The notes under the pieces are model-generated. The model searched no databases and was not told the origin of the DNA. It was given only the letters and a program-made list of their open reading frames with translations. Below, in pieces: positions 22,527 to 33,003 of a stretch of 64,000 nt of DNA. This DNA is from Piedraia hortae CBS 480.64 (taxonomy: Eukaryota). The stretch is from the NCBI GenBank assembly GCA_010093745.1, contig MU006027.1:1-64000 (forward strand), written 5' to 3'. The position numbers and the translations under genes are program-made. Every line of letters starts with the position of its first letter. The stretch's first letter is position 1.

Positions 22527-24473
22527 TCATTCAAGTCCGCTACCAATGGCTTTTCTTGCCATGGAATGTCCTTCTGTAAACGCCGCAAGGTCCTTCAAGA
22601 CAGCATCCACCTTTTGCTCGTCGGACCAGTCATCCAGGCTTCTCTCCACGCTAGGCCGAAACTTGTTCCTCCGTGCTGTTATCTTGACCCAGCGCTTCTT
22701 CATTGGCCGTGGCATGAACATTGTGTTTTCTGTGGTCAAGGGCTCAGCCGAGGGGTGCTTTGCACCAAGCCTTGGATTCTGGCTCAAGATGGATTGAATT
22801 AACCTATCAAGGTGTCTTGCTAGCTCTTCTCCCTCTGTGCGTTTGACCACATCGAGAACAAATGCCAGCTGGGCCACAGAGATGCCGGATCGCTCTTTCA
22901 TCTTTCGCAGGATCCCTGCCCTTACCATTGCACGGGACAGAACAGCAGAAATAGGTGCCCCTCTATCTTGCAGGAAGCGGTAAACTTCCCATGTCCTGCG
23001 AAATGCAATGGTGCTATTTTGGTACGGAGAAGATGACCAGGCATCAGCAATGCGATGTGCTGTGTCAATGTGAGACGGAAAAAGCGTCATCCTAACGCGA
23101 GGACGAAGATCGGGAGATACAGTCTCCGTGACCGGCTGACGATTGAGCATGTAAAAAATTTTCCAAGGATTCCCTTGGCCGCTCTCGATCATTCGTAATG
23201 GAAGGTCGGGGCAGCTTGATAATCGGACAGTGGAAAACCAGACAAAGGTCTTCCAAGCTCGGCCAAGCTCTTTTCGGCCGATGCTCGTTGGACTACTCAG
23301 AAGCCACTTGATGACAGTCTCGGCAAGACGGGCAGGAACCTTGAGGCCAGTACGGCCTCTCATGCGACTAAAAACTCGCCAAACAAAGGCTCCGGTCCGT
23401 ATTGCCATCAGAAGCTGCAGCAACTCATGAGCAAGCAGAGTACATGGAAAGTCGTGCTGCTGTAAGACGACGAGCAAGTTTACCAAAGCACGAGCCTCTC
23501 GGCCGGGAAAAGTCTTGGCTGCAATATTTGCCTGTAGCTTGTAAAAATCACGAATGACCAGCTTGATGTCTTTTCTTGGGGAGCTTGCGTAATGATAGAT
23601 GTGTTCGTTGCCGAAGTCAAGCATTTCTGGGATTTTATCTGCATCAGCCATTCGTAACGCCCAATAGTGCAACAGCGCTTCCGCCAGTTTGAATCCATTA
23701 AGCCGCTTAAAGTGGCCCGCAAAGCTCAGAAGGTTGAGGTTCAGGCTAAGGCGAGTGTATATTCTATGCCACAGTGGATGGGTTCGGGGCAAGCTTGACA
23801 TGAAGCGACTTTCACTAAGCACACCAAGGATGCGATGTGTTTTGTCCGGGGAATCAGTCGTATATGCCAGAATATGATCCAGTAGTCTGTCCATTGCATG
23901 CTCACTGCCAATATTATCCCAGGCTTCACCAAGTACTGATTGGACTCGATCGCCCTCTCCACGGAAAACCAAAAACCGCCAAATCACGTCCCATTGTTCA
24001 GGAGGAAGTACGCTGTCATGGATCTTGTCTCGTAAAAGCTCGGCAAGCGCCAAGAGAATATCGTCAGTAGTCTTTTGTGGGCCTAACCAGCGACAGAATT
24101 TTTGGAAATTGGCTGCTTCCGGGTGGTTCTTTGAGCTTTGCAGGAATTGCATCAAAGCATCCATCGAGCTTCGAGTAAGTATCTGCCCATCAAGGGCGCC
24201 AAGCAGACGGTCAAAATGTGACCGACTTTCGGCAACTGTCAGTTTTGGGAATGTCAAGCTGGGTGCTTCGCTAGAATCACCCAGTCTGTCTGGTCCTTCC
24301 TGCGCAACAGGCATCAAACGAGGACCCAGTAAGGTAGCTGCATCCGGAACCAACTGAATTTTCCTGGTTGCCACCTGTCTTTGAAGCCCCGTCGGGCCTT
24401 TAAAGTTCCTTTCAGGTCGCAGGGCTTTGAAAAGTCTATTCTTCACCCAATGGACTCGATTCGGCATGACCAT
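22527..24473 (-). CDS. Conserved-looking helical hypothetical protein, possibly mitochondrial
   Basis: 648-aa uninterrupted ORF, Leu/Arg-rich. A possible upstream exon from ATG 24552 (MSRFWARFFKKSRQ) resembles a presequence; start uncertain. Confidence 0.65.
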   Translation of the reverse strand: MVMPNRVHWVKNRLFKALRPERNFKGPTGLQRQVATRKIQLVPDAATLLGPRLMPVAQEGPDRLGDSSEAPSLTFPKLTVAESRSHFDRLLGALDGQILTRSSMDALMQFLQSSKNHPEAANFQKFCRWLGPQKTTDDILLALAELLRDKIHDSVLPPEQWDVIWRFLVFRGEGDRVQSVLGEAWDNIGSEHAMDRLLDHILAYTTDSPDKTHRILGVLSESRFMSSLPRTHPLWHRIYTRLSLNLNLLSFAGHFKRLNGFKLAEALLHYWALRMADADKIPEMLDFGNEHIYHYASSPRKDIKLVIRDFYKLQANIAAKTFPGREARALVNLLVVLQQHDFPCTLLAHELLQLLMAIRTGAFVWRVFSRMRGRTGLKVPARLAETVIKWLLSSPTSIGRKELGRAWKTFVWFSTVRLSSCPDLPLRMIESGQGNPWKIFYMLNRQPVTETVSPDLRPRVRMTLFPSHIDTAHRIADAWSSSPYQNSTIAFRRTWEVYRFLQDRGAPISAVLSRAMVRAGILRKMKERSGISVAQLAFVLDVVKRTEGEELARHLDRLIQSILSQNPRLGAKHPSAEPLTTENTMFMPRPMKKRWVKITARRNKFRPSVERSLDDWSDEQKVDAVLKDLAAFTEGHSMARKAIGSGLE

Positions 24474-24728
24474 TTGCTGTTAGATATATGTGATAGCTTA
24501 AGCCGTACGTTGCCGGGATTTCTTAAAAAATCTCGCCCAAAAAGCGAGACATTGTCTGTGAGCTTTGGCTTCCCGGCCATGGACATTAAAGACAGTAACT
24601 TTTGATGCCTGGGGGAGGGACATTACTCGACACTAGCAGACTATTGACGGTAATCCGACCCAATTAGTCAAAGTCCGCGGGGAAGTCGCACCTCACCTCA
24701 TCCGCGAGCCATCGCCTCCGCAACGATA

Positions 24729-25661
24729 ATGATAGTGCGACCTCTGCGGCTGTGCAATGCCAAGAGCGAAGCGCAGCAGAAACTCATGGCTATTTTTATG
24801 CCACCGTCGCCGGCCAATATCGGTTATATCCGTCGTTGGCTGTCATCAGAGGGGCCGCCAGACACGGTGAAGCAAGACTGGGAGTTTTTCCAGTTCCAAA
24901 AACGCCTCCTTGACCCAATAGGCAGCCAAGTTGCGCCTCATTATCGGCCTCATGAGCTCCTTTCCCGTCCACCACGCGCGCAGGACGTTTCATTGGAACT
25001 CTTGATGGCAAGTCAAGCACATCTGGGCCATGCAACGGGATTATGGCATCCAGCAAATGCAAAGTACATTTATGGTGTGCGTGGGGAGACGGATCCTATA
25101 CACATCATCGCACTCGACACGACGGCCGCGCATCTTCGTCGGGCTGCCAAGGTCGTCAAGGGAGTATGTGAGCAAGCGGGGTTGGTACTGTTTGTGGGAT
25201 CTCGCCCTGGTCAAGCTCGGGCTGTTGTAAACGCAGCTGAACTGGCGGGAGGCTGTCACCTATTCACCAAATGGACACCTGGCACAATAACGAACAGGCA
25301 GCATCTGCTACATCGATGCCAGAAGAAAGCCGTTGATAACGAAGACCAGGAAGTAGCCTGTTCGGAAGACGAGCTGCGTGATCACGGGGCCTTGAAACCA
25401 GATCTCGTTGTTTGCCTTAACCCGCTAGAGAACTATGTTTTGCTGCACGAATGTGCGCTCAACAATATTCCGACCGTGGGCATCATAGATACAGATTGCA
25501 ATCCGGCCTGGGTGACATATCCAATACCGGCAAACGACGATAGCTTGCGGAGTGTCTACGTCATTGCGGCTGTTTTGGGCCAGGCCGGCAAGGAAGGGCG
25601 AGACGAGCGCATAAGACGAGAGCGCATGGGGGCAGACGGTTGGTCGCAAAATTACGTATGA
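24729..25661 (+). CDS. MRP4: Mitochondrial small-subunit ribosomal protein uS2m
   Basis: LMASQAHLGHATGLW, KWTPGTITN, PDLVV, IPTVGIIDTD, YPIPANDDSLRSV. Confidence 0.93.
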   Translation: MIVRPLRLCNAKSEAQQKLMAIFMPPSPANIGYIRRWLSSEGPPDTVKQDWEFFQFQKRLLDPIGSQVAPHYRPHELLSRPPRAQDVSLELLMASQAHLGHATGLWHPANAKYIYGVRGETDPIHIIALDTTAAHLRRAAKVVKGVCEQAGLVLFVGSRPGQARAVVNAAELAGGCHLFTKWTPGTITNRQHLLHRCQKKAVDNEDQEVACSEDELRDHGALKPDLVVCLNPLENYVLLHECALNNIPTVGIIDTDCNPAWVTYPIPANDDSLRSVYVIAAVLGQAGKEGRDERIRRERMGADGWSQNYV

Positions 25662-25904
25662 ACACCATGGGCAAACAATGCGACCTGTGGGGCGGGCGTT
25701 GTGGGAAATCGATTGTGTACGCATAGAGAAAAATAGGGTGGGTTTGCCGCGTTCGATCATGGGGAGCGTCAATACAATGTCCACGCCCGGTATCTTATGT
25801 AGGCAACAATCGTCCTCCGGTATCAACAACACCGCTCATTACGCTGATCACAACCTTTCTCTCCAGACAGCGTGCATGCTAAAACACAAGACGATTACAG
25901 ACAG

Positions 25905-27221
25905 CTACGTTGTAGGAACTGGTCCTGTAGCTTGGGGCTGAGCAGTCGCTTTCTCGGCTTCAATGCGCTCACGATCTGCTTTTGTAGTACGCGGCTTGCG
26001 CGGAGCCGTGGTTCCCTTTGCGCGGCCTCTTGCGCGCGTTGCTGTAACCGTAGGTTTGCTGGCTTCGGCCGACGCGCCATGGGTCGTACCGGCAGCAGCA
26101 TTGCGACCACCTCGTCCCCTGCCGCGTCCACGCCCGCCTCGGCCAGTGCCTTGTGAAGGTTCAACCTTAGGTGTTTCCCCCTCCGGCACAAGAGGTCCCG
26201 AGTAGACAAAAAAGCCGTCTTTGGCCACGGCGGCTTGGTTTTGCCACGCCAGCTCAGTGTCATCGATGAAGTCGTCCTCCTTGTCATACTCCTCCACCTT
26301 CTTGCGCCGTTTGCGAGGCTTCTCGCCCTCGTCCACGCCGGCAGGCTCGGCGTTGCTGTCTTCACCAATGTCGGACGTGCTGTCGACGTCGTCGGAGCCT
26401 GCGTCCAATGCATTAGCAGCGGCTTGCGTCCGTAGAAGATCGCGGCGGTGGGCAGCAGCACGGGGATTGATGGCATCCTGCCCGTATTTTTTGACAATTT
26501 CCTGCGCAATATTGACCGAGTTGCCACCGGCCCTATCAAGCGGAATGTTCAAATTTATGCTGACGCCCGGTCTCTCGGTGGCCTTGGCCTGTTCACCCCA
26601 AATGCTGTTGGTCAAAAGGCCGCTGCCAGCGGGGCGCGGGGCGCGCGGTTTCTTTGGCAGATTGGCCGACGAATGCGTCGACGACGGTGTCTTGGGCTTG
26701 TCCAAGTCCATTGCGCCGTCCCCGAGCACAGGAGCCGGGGCCGGGGCCGGGGCCGGGGCCGGGGTTGATGTCGCGGCGGTAGTTAGTGGCTGCATTTGGA
26801 TCGGCGGCGGCGATACGTGGGGCGGGTCAATGAGGCTCGCAATTGACGGTGATGCAGAGGCTCGGTTGACGACCGCGGCTCGCACCGGGTCGTACCGCTG
26901 CCCGCTGGAGTGAGGCCACAGGGTCGGCGGGGCGGAAGGCGGGGCTCCCATCGGCTGCGGTGGCCGCGGTTGCGCCGGCGATGGCAGCATGTGAGGAATC
27001 GTTTGCGCACTCTGCTCCTCAAGCTTTTGTTTCTTTCGCGGCACTCCGCTGCCCTCGCGCGGTTTACGTGGCTTCTTATCCTTGACCAGCCCGTCGCCTT
27101 CCTTCTTCTTTCGAGGTCGTTTCGCTTTCTCCGTGCTTGCCTCGTCAATAGGCACGCCGTTTGAGAGCAGGGGTGGAGGTTGGGGTAAAGACAGGAAATT
27201 CTCCGGCGGCGGCATAGCCAT
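25905..27221 (-). CDS. HPC2: HIR complex subunit Hpc2 (HUN domain)
   Basis: EEYDKEDDFIDDTEL...DGFFVYSGPL and NIAQEIVKKYG. Confidence 0.88.
   Translation of the reverse strand: MAMPPPENFLSLPQPPPLLSNGVPIDEASTEKAKRPRKKKEGDGLVKDKKPRKPREGSGVPRKKQKLEEQSAQTIPHMLPSPAQPRPPQPMGAPPSAPPTLWPHSSGQRYDPVRAAVVNRASASPSIASLIDPPHVSPPPIQMQPLTTAATSTPAPAPAPAPAPVLGDGAMDLDKPKTPSSTHSSANLPKKPRAPRPAGSGLLTNSIWGEQAKATERPGVSINLNIPLDRAGGNSVNIAQEIVKKYGQDAINPRAAAHRRDLLRTQAAANALDAGSDDVDSTSDIGEDSNAEPAGVDEGEKPRKRRKKVEEYDKEDDFIDDTELAWQNQAAVAKDGFFVYSGPLVPEGETPKVEPSQGTGRGGRGRGRGRGGRNAAAGTTHGASAEASKPTVTATRARGRAKGTTAPRKPRTTKADRERIEAEKATAQPQATGPVPTT
26733..26764 (-). repeat. (GCCCCG)n coding repeat encoding poly-PA in Hpc2
   Basis: Five gccggg units on the + strand. 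Confidence 0.85.
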
Positions 27222-27693
27222 GATAGACCGTCGTTGCGGAACACACCAGTGTACCCGTTGGTCGAGAGTTTGGGACAGATTGGGGCTGAAACAAAAGTTG
27301 CTTCCAAACCCACTCTAAAAGCCTACAACCCGTTCGTAAGCAAACAACTTGGAGACAAGTATATTCGTGTGTGTTCGGGAAATCAAATCTTTGGATGGCG
27401 CCTGATGTAACCCTACATTTTGAGGAGCACCGATTACTTATTTAAAGACAGTTTTTCCACAATAACTCTTCGGGACGTCTTTGCTTTTTATACATCAACG
27501 CTGACAGCCCCAAATGCTCCAACAACATGATGTGGCACCAGGACACACCAGAGCATGTCGGCACCACCTAATGAACCAAAGGTGATGTTTCCGCTTCGTG
27601 CCATGGCAAATTTGGGAATGTCTAGAAGACGGTGCCAAACGCCCTGGTTGCCGCGGCTCGGGCCGAGCTAAGTCAAACGGCCCGTTGTCGTGT

Positions 27694-28884
27694 ATGCCGG
27701 CAGCACATCGGCCCAATCTGACCACCAAAAATCCATTTGGCAGCGACTCAAGCCATAACATGTCTCGAACAAAGGTTGAAGAAACCAACGTTCCGCCGGT
27801 ACCCCATATGCTACTGGGGGATATTGTGGAGCATCCAGTAAACAAACCTCCGCTAGCCCCCCAGTTCCCCATCCGACCTGCTACGAAGGGTTTTCCTGAG
27901 CATTGTAAGCTCAAAGCACGATCACCCGCTAATAAGACATTTAAGGCGGGCCTGCTCAATATTCTAGAAATTTCAAAAGACAAGGAGCGCAGGGATATCG
28001 ATGCAGAAAATAGACAGCGGCTGGCGGACATGACACTAGACGAGATTGAGGAAGAAAGACGCGAGATCTTTTCCACATTGAGTCCGTGTATGATCCAAAA
28101 ACTGTTGCGCAGATCACACATTGCGGATGATGGCCAAGAAAGCATCCACCAGCGAGGTGAACATAATCTTGGGGAAAGCAATCAAGTGAAAAACCAAAAC
28201 ATCGAAGTTCCTGAAGTACCGTCTACCGATACAAAAGCTTCTAATGCAGGGCGAATTTCCAAGAGTGTAGAATGTGACCGAGTTGATTTCCCCAGGAATT
28301 GCCACACCCAGATACCGACACTAGACCTGTCTTCAGACTCGTTTTTTCGGGACCTCCACGAGCAGTACTTTCCCCTTTTACCAGCAGAGCCTGATAAGCT
28401 AGAATGGATGCAAATCACTTCTACCGGACCCGACGCTTATGACCCTTCAGCAGAATGTCTCAGGGCACAAGATATCCGTTTCGGCTTTGATGGCGGGATA
28501 ATAGGTCCGCGTACTGCCGCCGTGATCCCAGTTACCGAAGGCTTACATCACCATGGCGACTCACCAAACTCTGCTGGATACACCATCGCTGAGCTCGCTC
28601 TGCTTTCGAGGTCGGCTTACGCCCCCCAAAGATGCTTGGCTTTCCGTACACTTGGAAGGTTACTGTATCGACTAGGCTCTGGTAAGTTTGGTCATGCCGA
28701 CGATGATCTGGCCAAGGGCCTATGGCGCGAGATAGACAGACATTGTGTCTTGGACACAATAACGTGTGCTAGCAATGGCCGTGATGTCGACGGGGGGAAG
28801 CATGTTAGTGCAAAGGCTTATGCTGCGGAGGCTGTCTTTCTCTGGCGAAAAGGCGGCAGTATGCGGGCAAAAAGGGCCGAATGA
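27694..28884 (+). CDS. RBA50: RNA polymerase II assembly factor Rba50/RPAP1
   Basis: IDAENRQRLADMTLDEIEEER, EPDKLEWM, GLHHHGDSPNSAGYTIAELALLSRS..PQR. Start is ATG 27694 or 27760. Confidence 0.9.
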   Translation: MPAAHRPNLTTKNPFGSDSSHNMSRTKVEETNVPPVPHMLLGDIVEHPVNKPPLAPQFPIRPATKGFPEHCKLKARSPANKTFKAGLLNILEISKDKERRDIDAENRQRLADMTLDEIEEERREIFSTLSPCMIQKLLRRSHIADDGQESIHQRGEHNLGESNQVKNQNIEVPEVPSTDTKASNAGRISKSVECDRVDFPRNCHTQIPTLDLSSDSFFRDLHEQYFPLLPAEPDKLEWMQITSTGPDAYDPSAECLRAQDIRFGFDGGIIGPRTAAVIPVTEGLHHHGDSPNSAGYTIAELALLSRSAYAPQRCLAFRTLGRLLYRLGSGKFGHADDDLAKGLWREIDRHCVLDTITCASNGRDVDGGKHVSAKAYAAEAVFLWRKGGSMRAKRAE

Positions 28885-29067
28885 GCTCAAGCAGGGGCGC
28901 ATAGACTGCTCTCAATCGTCTTTGGCTAATCGCTTAGTGTGCCACTACTCTTACGGTCTCCCATAGCCATTCCAGACTAAGCATGACTAATTTGACATTT
29001 AATGTACAATGCAGCGTCTTGTACAACTGTTTCTCAACTAGCGATCGTTGGTCATAATGTCCGACTA

Positions 29068-29488
29068 TCACGCATCTACTTTTCCACCCTGCTCAGCCTG
29101 TAATTTCCTCAAAGTTACGTCGCGCTGATGCTCCATCACTCTTTTCTTTTGAAAATACGTAACCTGAACGTTGTTAGTGAGAATGATAAATTGAAGCCGA
29201 AATCTGCAGCAAAATGTCTAATTGAACGAGAGATGATCATGACGGTTTCGAAATTACCATTCTCGAGTCATCTAATCACAACCGTGGCATACATATACAT
29301 ACCCAAGAAGCTAAGCATGCCTTCTCAAACACTTCAAGTTCTTTGGGACACTCTTTTGATTTGGCGCCATCAACAACACCTTTGGCGTCTAAGCACGCAA
29401 AATATGCATCTCTCCCAGCCCAGCAGCTTGCCCGAGCACCGCGATCTGGCGCTTCCTCCTTCTGCGGAGACGATGAAAGCCAAGCCAT
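29068..29488 (-). CDS. COA6: Cytochrome c oxidase assembly factor Coa6
   Basis: APDRGARASCWAGRDAYFACLD...C...FEKACLASW|VTYFQKKR; intron 29302-29164 (139 nt). Confidence 0.88.
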
Positions 29489-29672
29489 CCGTTGTGATTT
29501 GGGGTCGGCGAGCTGTAATTAAAGTCGTTTGACTCGTACGGAACGAATCCGCGCAGCAACACGGAAGTTGCCACCGCAACTTCGCGTATAGTAAGGACAA
29601 TTTGGCACTACCCATTGGCTATACATCGACAAAAACACTGAATATAATTATCGATTCGTCACTGCATCACCA

Positions 29673-30779
29673 TTACTGTCTGCGCTCAGCCGCTGCATGG
29701 GCCAAAGCATCCTTATACCCAGCCTCGTAGGCCCCGCCGAGCTTGCGCTCAGTGGGAAGCCCTTCGGAGTGAGTGCTCTGGCCCGTCATACCCTGCCCTG
29801 TCATTCCCTGGCCCATCATTCCTTGACTCTGCATTTCCTGACCAGTCATTGCCTGATGCGGCATGCCCTGATTTCCTCCGTAAGATGGATCCATACCCTG
29901 CGCTACGCCCTGGCCTGGTGTCTGAGAAGACATGCCAGTCTGACCATATCCAGGTTGAGACATGCCGCCGTGGTGACCGTGATGTCCTTGAGACATCTCA
30001 TACGCCCCCAAACCAGCGGCTCCGACGCCTCCTGCAATGGCGGCATCCTGGCCGTAGTGATGACCAGAGTGAGATCCTATGGGCTCGCCTCCGGCCGTGG
30101 GAATAGCCTGAGAGTTCACGCGATCGTACGAGCTGTGAGTGCCGTGAGTGCCGTGAGCGCCGTGTTTGCTATGGTGGCCGTGACTACCGTAGTCCTGCGC
30201 CGTAGTAGCTGCGTCAGCGGCTGCACGTTGACCTTGTACGCTATAGGGGTCGATGGGCTCCTGGGGACGAACCTTTTCAGATGTGGAGTAGCCTGAAGGG
30301 TAGCTGCCTTGTCCCATTCCAGGTTGCGTCGTACCAGCGGCCATGCCAGGCTGTGACATTCCCGACGTCATCCCAGGTTGGGACATACCCGATGTCATGC
30401 CAGGCTGCATCGTGCTGGAAGTCATACCAGAGCTTGTCATTCCAGATCCCATTCCGTGGGAGGTGCCTTGGGCACCAGACGATCCACCTTGCATCACGTT
30501 CTGTGCTTTACTCATCAGGCCTCCACTGCCGCCAGATCCCATTCCGCTGTGGCCCATAGCTGCGCCGGTCGCGGCACCGGCTCCTGCACCGCCAGCCAGA
30601 CCGGCTGTAGTACCTGCCGCAGAGCCCGATGGATAGGTCGAAGTGCCAGACGAAAGACCGCTGCCCATGTGGCTCTGGGCTGCGTGAGTACCTTGTTGCA
30701 TGGCCTTCTGATGGGAAGTGCTGGTTCCCTCAGACCCATGATGGGTGAGCTTTTCCTCAATCTTAGAAACGATACCCAT
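29673..30779 (-). CDS. Gly/Ser/Met/Gln/His-rich hydrophilin-like stress protein with tandem repeats
   Basis: 368-aa ORF; repeats QPGMTSGMS and QGMTG; conserved-looking C-terminus GLPTERKLGGAYEAGYKDA. Confidence 0.75.
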   Translation of the reverse strand: MGIVSKIEEKLTHHGSEGTSTSHQKAMQQGTHAAQSHMGSGLSSGTSTYPSGSAAGTTAGLAGGAGAGAATGAAMGHSGMGSGGSGGLMSKAQNVMQGGSSGAQGTSHGMGSGMTSSGMTSSTMQPGMTSGMSQPGMTSGMSQPGMAAGTTQPGMGQGSYPSGYSTSEKVRPQEPIDPYSVQGQRAAADAATTAQDYGSHGHHSKHGAHGTHGTHSSYDRVNSQAIPTAGGEPIGSHSGHHYGQDAAIAGGVGAAGLGAYEMSQGHHGHHGGMSQPGYGQTGMSSQTPGQGVAQGMDPSYGGNQGMPHQAMTGQEMQSQGMMGQGMTGQGMTGQSTHSEGLPTERKLGGAYEAGYKDALAHAAAERRQ

Positions 30780-30833
30780 TGTAATCTGACTATGTTTTGT
30801 GTGCAGGAATTATGAGCCAACGCGAGGCCGCGG

Positions 30834-30952
30834 AGGGGCCTTATAGCCGACCGACGTGTTTGCTACGTCACTTGACGTCACTGATGACCTGTTCCCAGTT
30901 TTGCATGGCAGTAACCATCACGTGGAATGCCCCACCATTGGAAAATGACGTA
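30834..30952. promoter_or_regulatory. ATF/CRE and STRE sites upstream of the stress-protein gene
   Basis: TGACGTCA 30873-30880, TACGTCA 30864-30870, TGACGTA 30946-30952, AGGGG 30834-30838. Confidence 0.45.
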
Positions 30953-30961
30953 CCACAAACT

Positions 30962-31773
30962 TTATTTGTGCTCGGTGGCTGTTGGCTGATCTTCTGGCCC
31001 GGCATCTTCCGACCTCGCGTCGTGTATGCCTTGCGAATTCACCACCCGATCCTTTTCCTCTTCTTTGTTCTCGTCCTCGCCCTCACTATCCGATACCGGA
31101 TCCAGCCCCGCTAATTTTCTTAAGGTGTAATTTTCTGCTTTCAAGGCCTGTATCTTACCCAGCCACGGCCTTCTCTGCTCCTCATGCGCCGCAAAGGCGG
31201 TCCGCAACCGCTCGCTCATTCTTTGAAGGCTGGCTTGCCAAGTCTGCTGGATTAACTGTGCCTCCATGGTTTCTCTCCGCGACTGCGTCAATAGTGTACT
31301 GTAATGTTGCTGCATCGCAATCATATGATTCTGTTGGTCGAAGCAGTATTTTCGGATCCGCTGTCCGATCTCTCCAAGAGCCTCTTCGTACTGCTGCAAG
31401 GCTTTGCGATAAGTTTCGTGGTCAAAAGAACAATTGCAAGTGGACAAATGTGCTAACGAAGGCTCCTCTGGTTCTGCCAATGTCAGTCTAGCCTGAACAG
31501 TAGACGAACGGAGAACGTACGTAGATTGTCTCGGAATGTCATTCCGCCATTCCCTTCCACCCTTGATATTCCATTTTGTAATTCTGCCCACTGCTCACGA
31601 TTCTGTTGCAATTGATCGCTCAGCTCTTCCATCCTCCGCAGCATCAGCTGCATGTCTGAATGGTGCCCTGCTGGAGGGAGAGCCCCATTGTTCACCCCAA
31701 TATATCCTTGGTTATTGGCCGCCCCATCCTGAGCCATGGTCTGATGTTTGCTTGCGGTCGCTGCTTCACGCAT
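30962..31773 (-). CDS. Coiled-coil protein, probable STRIPAK subunit (SCI1/SipB/Far3-7-like)
   Basis: PPAGHHSDMQLMLRRMEELSDQLQQNR and LKAENYTLRKLAG; intron 31520-31474; start 31773 or 31737. Family assignment is from memory. Confidence 0.55.
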
Positions 31774-31838
31774 GCGACTGTGTTCGGCACGGACCGTTCA
31801 GCGCTAACGACTGGCTTTTAAATAACCCTAAAACTTAT

Positions 31839-32924
31839 CTACTGACGCTCAGTAAGAACAAATCTTCGTTCAACTCCCCGGACTTCCTGATCATCCTGAA
31901 ACAATAGCTTGACCAAAACGTCTCCTTTAACACTGCCTCTCCAAGCTTCCGAGACCACAGCCTTGTAAAACGTCGTGGTGTCGGGATACTGTGCCAGGAC
32001 ACCTTTTCCTTTGGGTAGATCTGGCAGCCCTTTACCCGAGTCCGGGATTTGGATCAGCTGATTAACGCTCGCTCTCTGTGGGGGCGGGGGATCGCCGCTG
32101 TTATCAGCATCTTGCACCTCGTACCGTCGTTGCTTGCCTTCGCCAATAACGTTTGTAACACGACACAAGATTCCTTCCCCTTCTGGTGGCTCTCCCTTTT
32201 TGATATCGTAGTTCTTGGCGTCGTGACGACAAAACACAATCTCGCCAACCTTCAGTACTAGACGATTGCTCCGGCTGTTTACAGGCACGTTCTTGGAGAC
32301 TGCCGCCGCATCGGCGCTGCTCCCGACGGATTCGGCCTCCTCAACCTTTACAGAGACTTCACGCGTCCCAGGCAGGCTGCCCGCACGGGAGGGGCGTTCC
32401 TTGACACCCAGTCTACTGGCCGGCCCGAGGCTGATCCGCGGAGATGGTGTGTCGTCCTCGATCGTAGAGATGAGTTTCCCTCCTGATCTGATAGCCTTCC
32501 TTTTTGCGTTATTGGCACCACGGCCACTCTGCGACGAAACATGTTGTTCCTCGCTGCTCTCGCGCAGCCCTGCCAGGACGTTGATGCGTTCGAGCAAATT
32601 GACGCCCTCTCTGCCCCTCACAATTTCCTCTATGCTTTTAGTGATCTGAAGGTTTGCCCGATACAATGACTCTAGCTGCTCGTCAATGATGGCACTCGCC
32701 GGATTCCCGTCCTTAATTAACTGAGCTTGGCGCTCTTCAAGGTGAATTATCTGGGCTCCATTTTCGTTGGACCGATTCTCCAGAGTTAGTGCCACCCAGA
32801 GAAACCATGTACTTACCATCAAAGAGTCGGCCTCGATCGCTTTATCCTGAATCTCCTTCCATAGCCTTCGCTCCACGTCAGTGTCCCTGCTGTTGTGCGC
32901 CCTAATCCTGTTGGAGGAGGACAT
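31839..32924 (-). CDS. SGF29: SAGA-associated factor 29 (tandem Tudor)
   Basis: GILCRVTNVIGEGKQRRYEVQD, VLAQYPDTTTFYKAVV, VERRFVL; probable 39-nt intron 32816-32778. Confidence 0.92.
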   Translation of the reverse strand: MSSSNRIRAHNSRDTDVERRLWKEIQDKAIEADSLMVSTWFLWVALTLENRSNENGAQIIHLEERQAQLIKDGNPASAIIDEQLESLYRANLQITKSIEEIVRGREGVNLLERINVLAGLRESSEEQHVSSQSGRGANNAKRKAIRSGGKLISTIEDDTPSPRISLGPASRLGVKERPSRAGSLPGTREVSVKVEEAESVGSSADAAAVSKNVPVNSRSNRLVLKVGEIVFCRHDAKNYDIKKGEPPEGEGILCRVTNVIGEGKQRRYEVQDADNSGDPPPPQRASVNQLIQIPDSGKGLPDLPKGKGVLAQYPDTTTFYKAVVSEAWRGSVKGDVLVKLLFQDDQEVRGVERRFVLTERQ

Positions 32925-33003
32925 GACGTGGTTGGCGGGACAAATGGGACTGCGGGGAAGGTGGATTCACGGGGGCGAACGCGACGAGCTTTCAACAATC
33001 ATA

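Noticed and set aside
27408..27415. TAACCCTA telomere-template-like 8-mer
   Set aside because: Lies in a divergent promoter under 500 nt, too small for a filamentous-fungal telomerase RNA; chance match.
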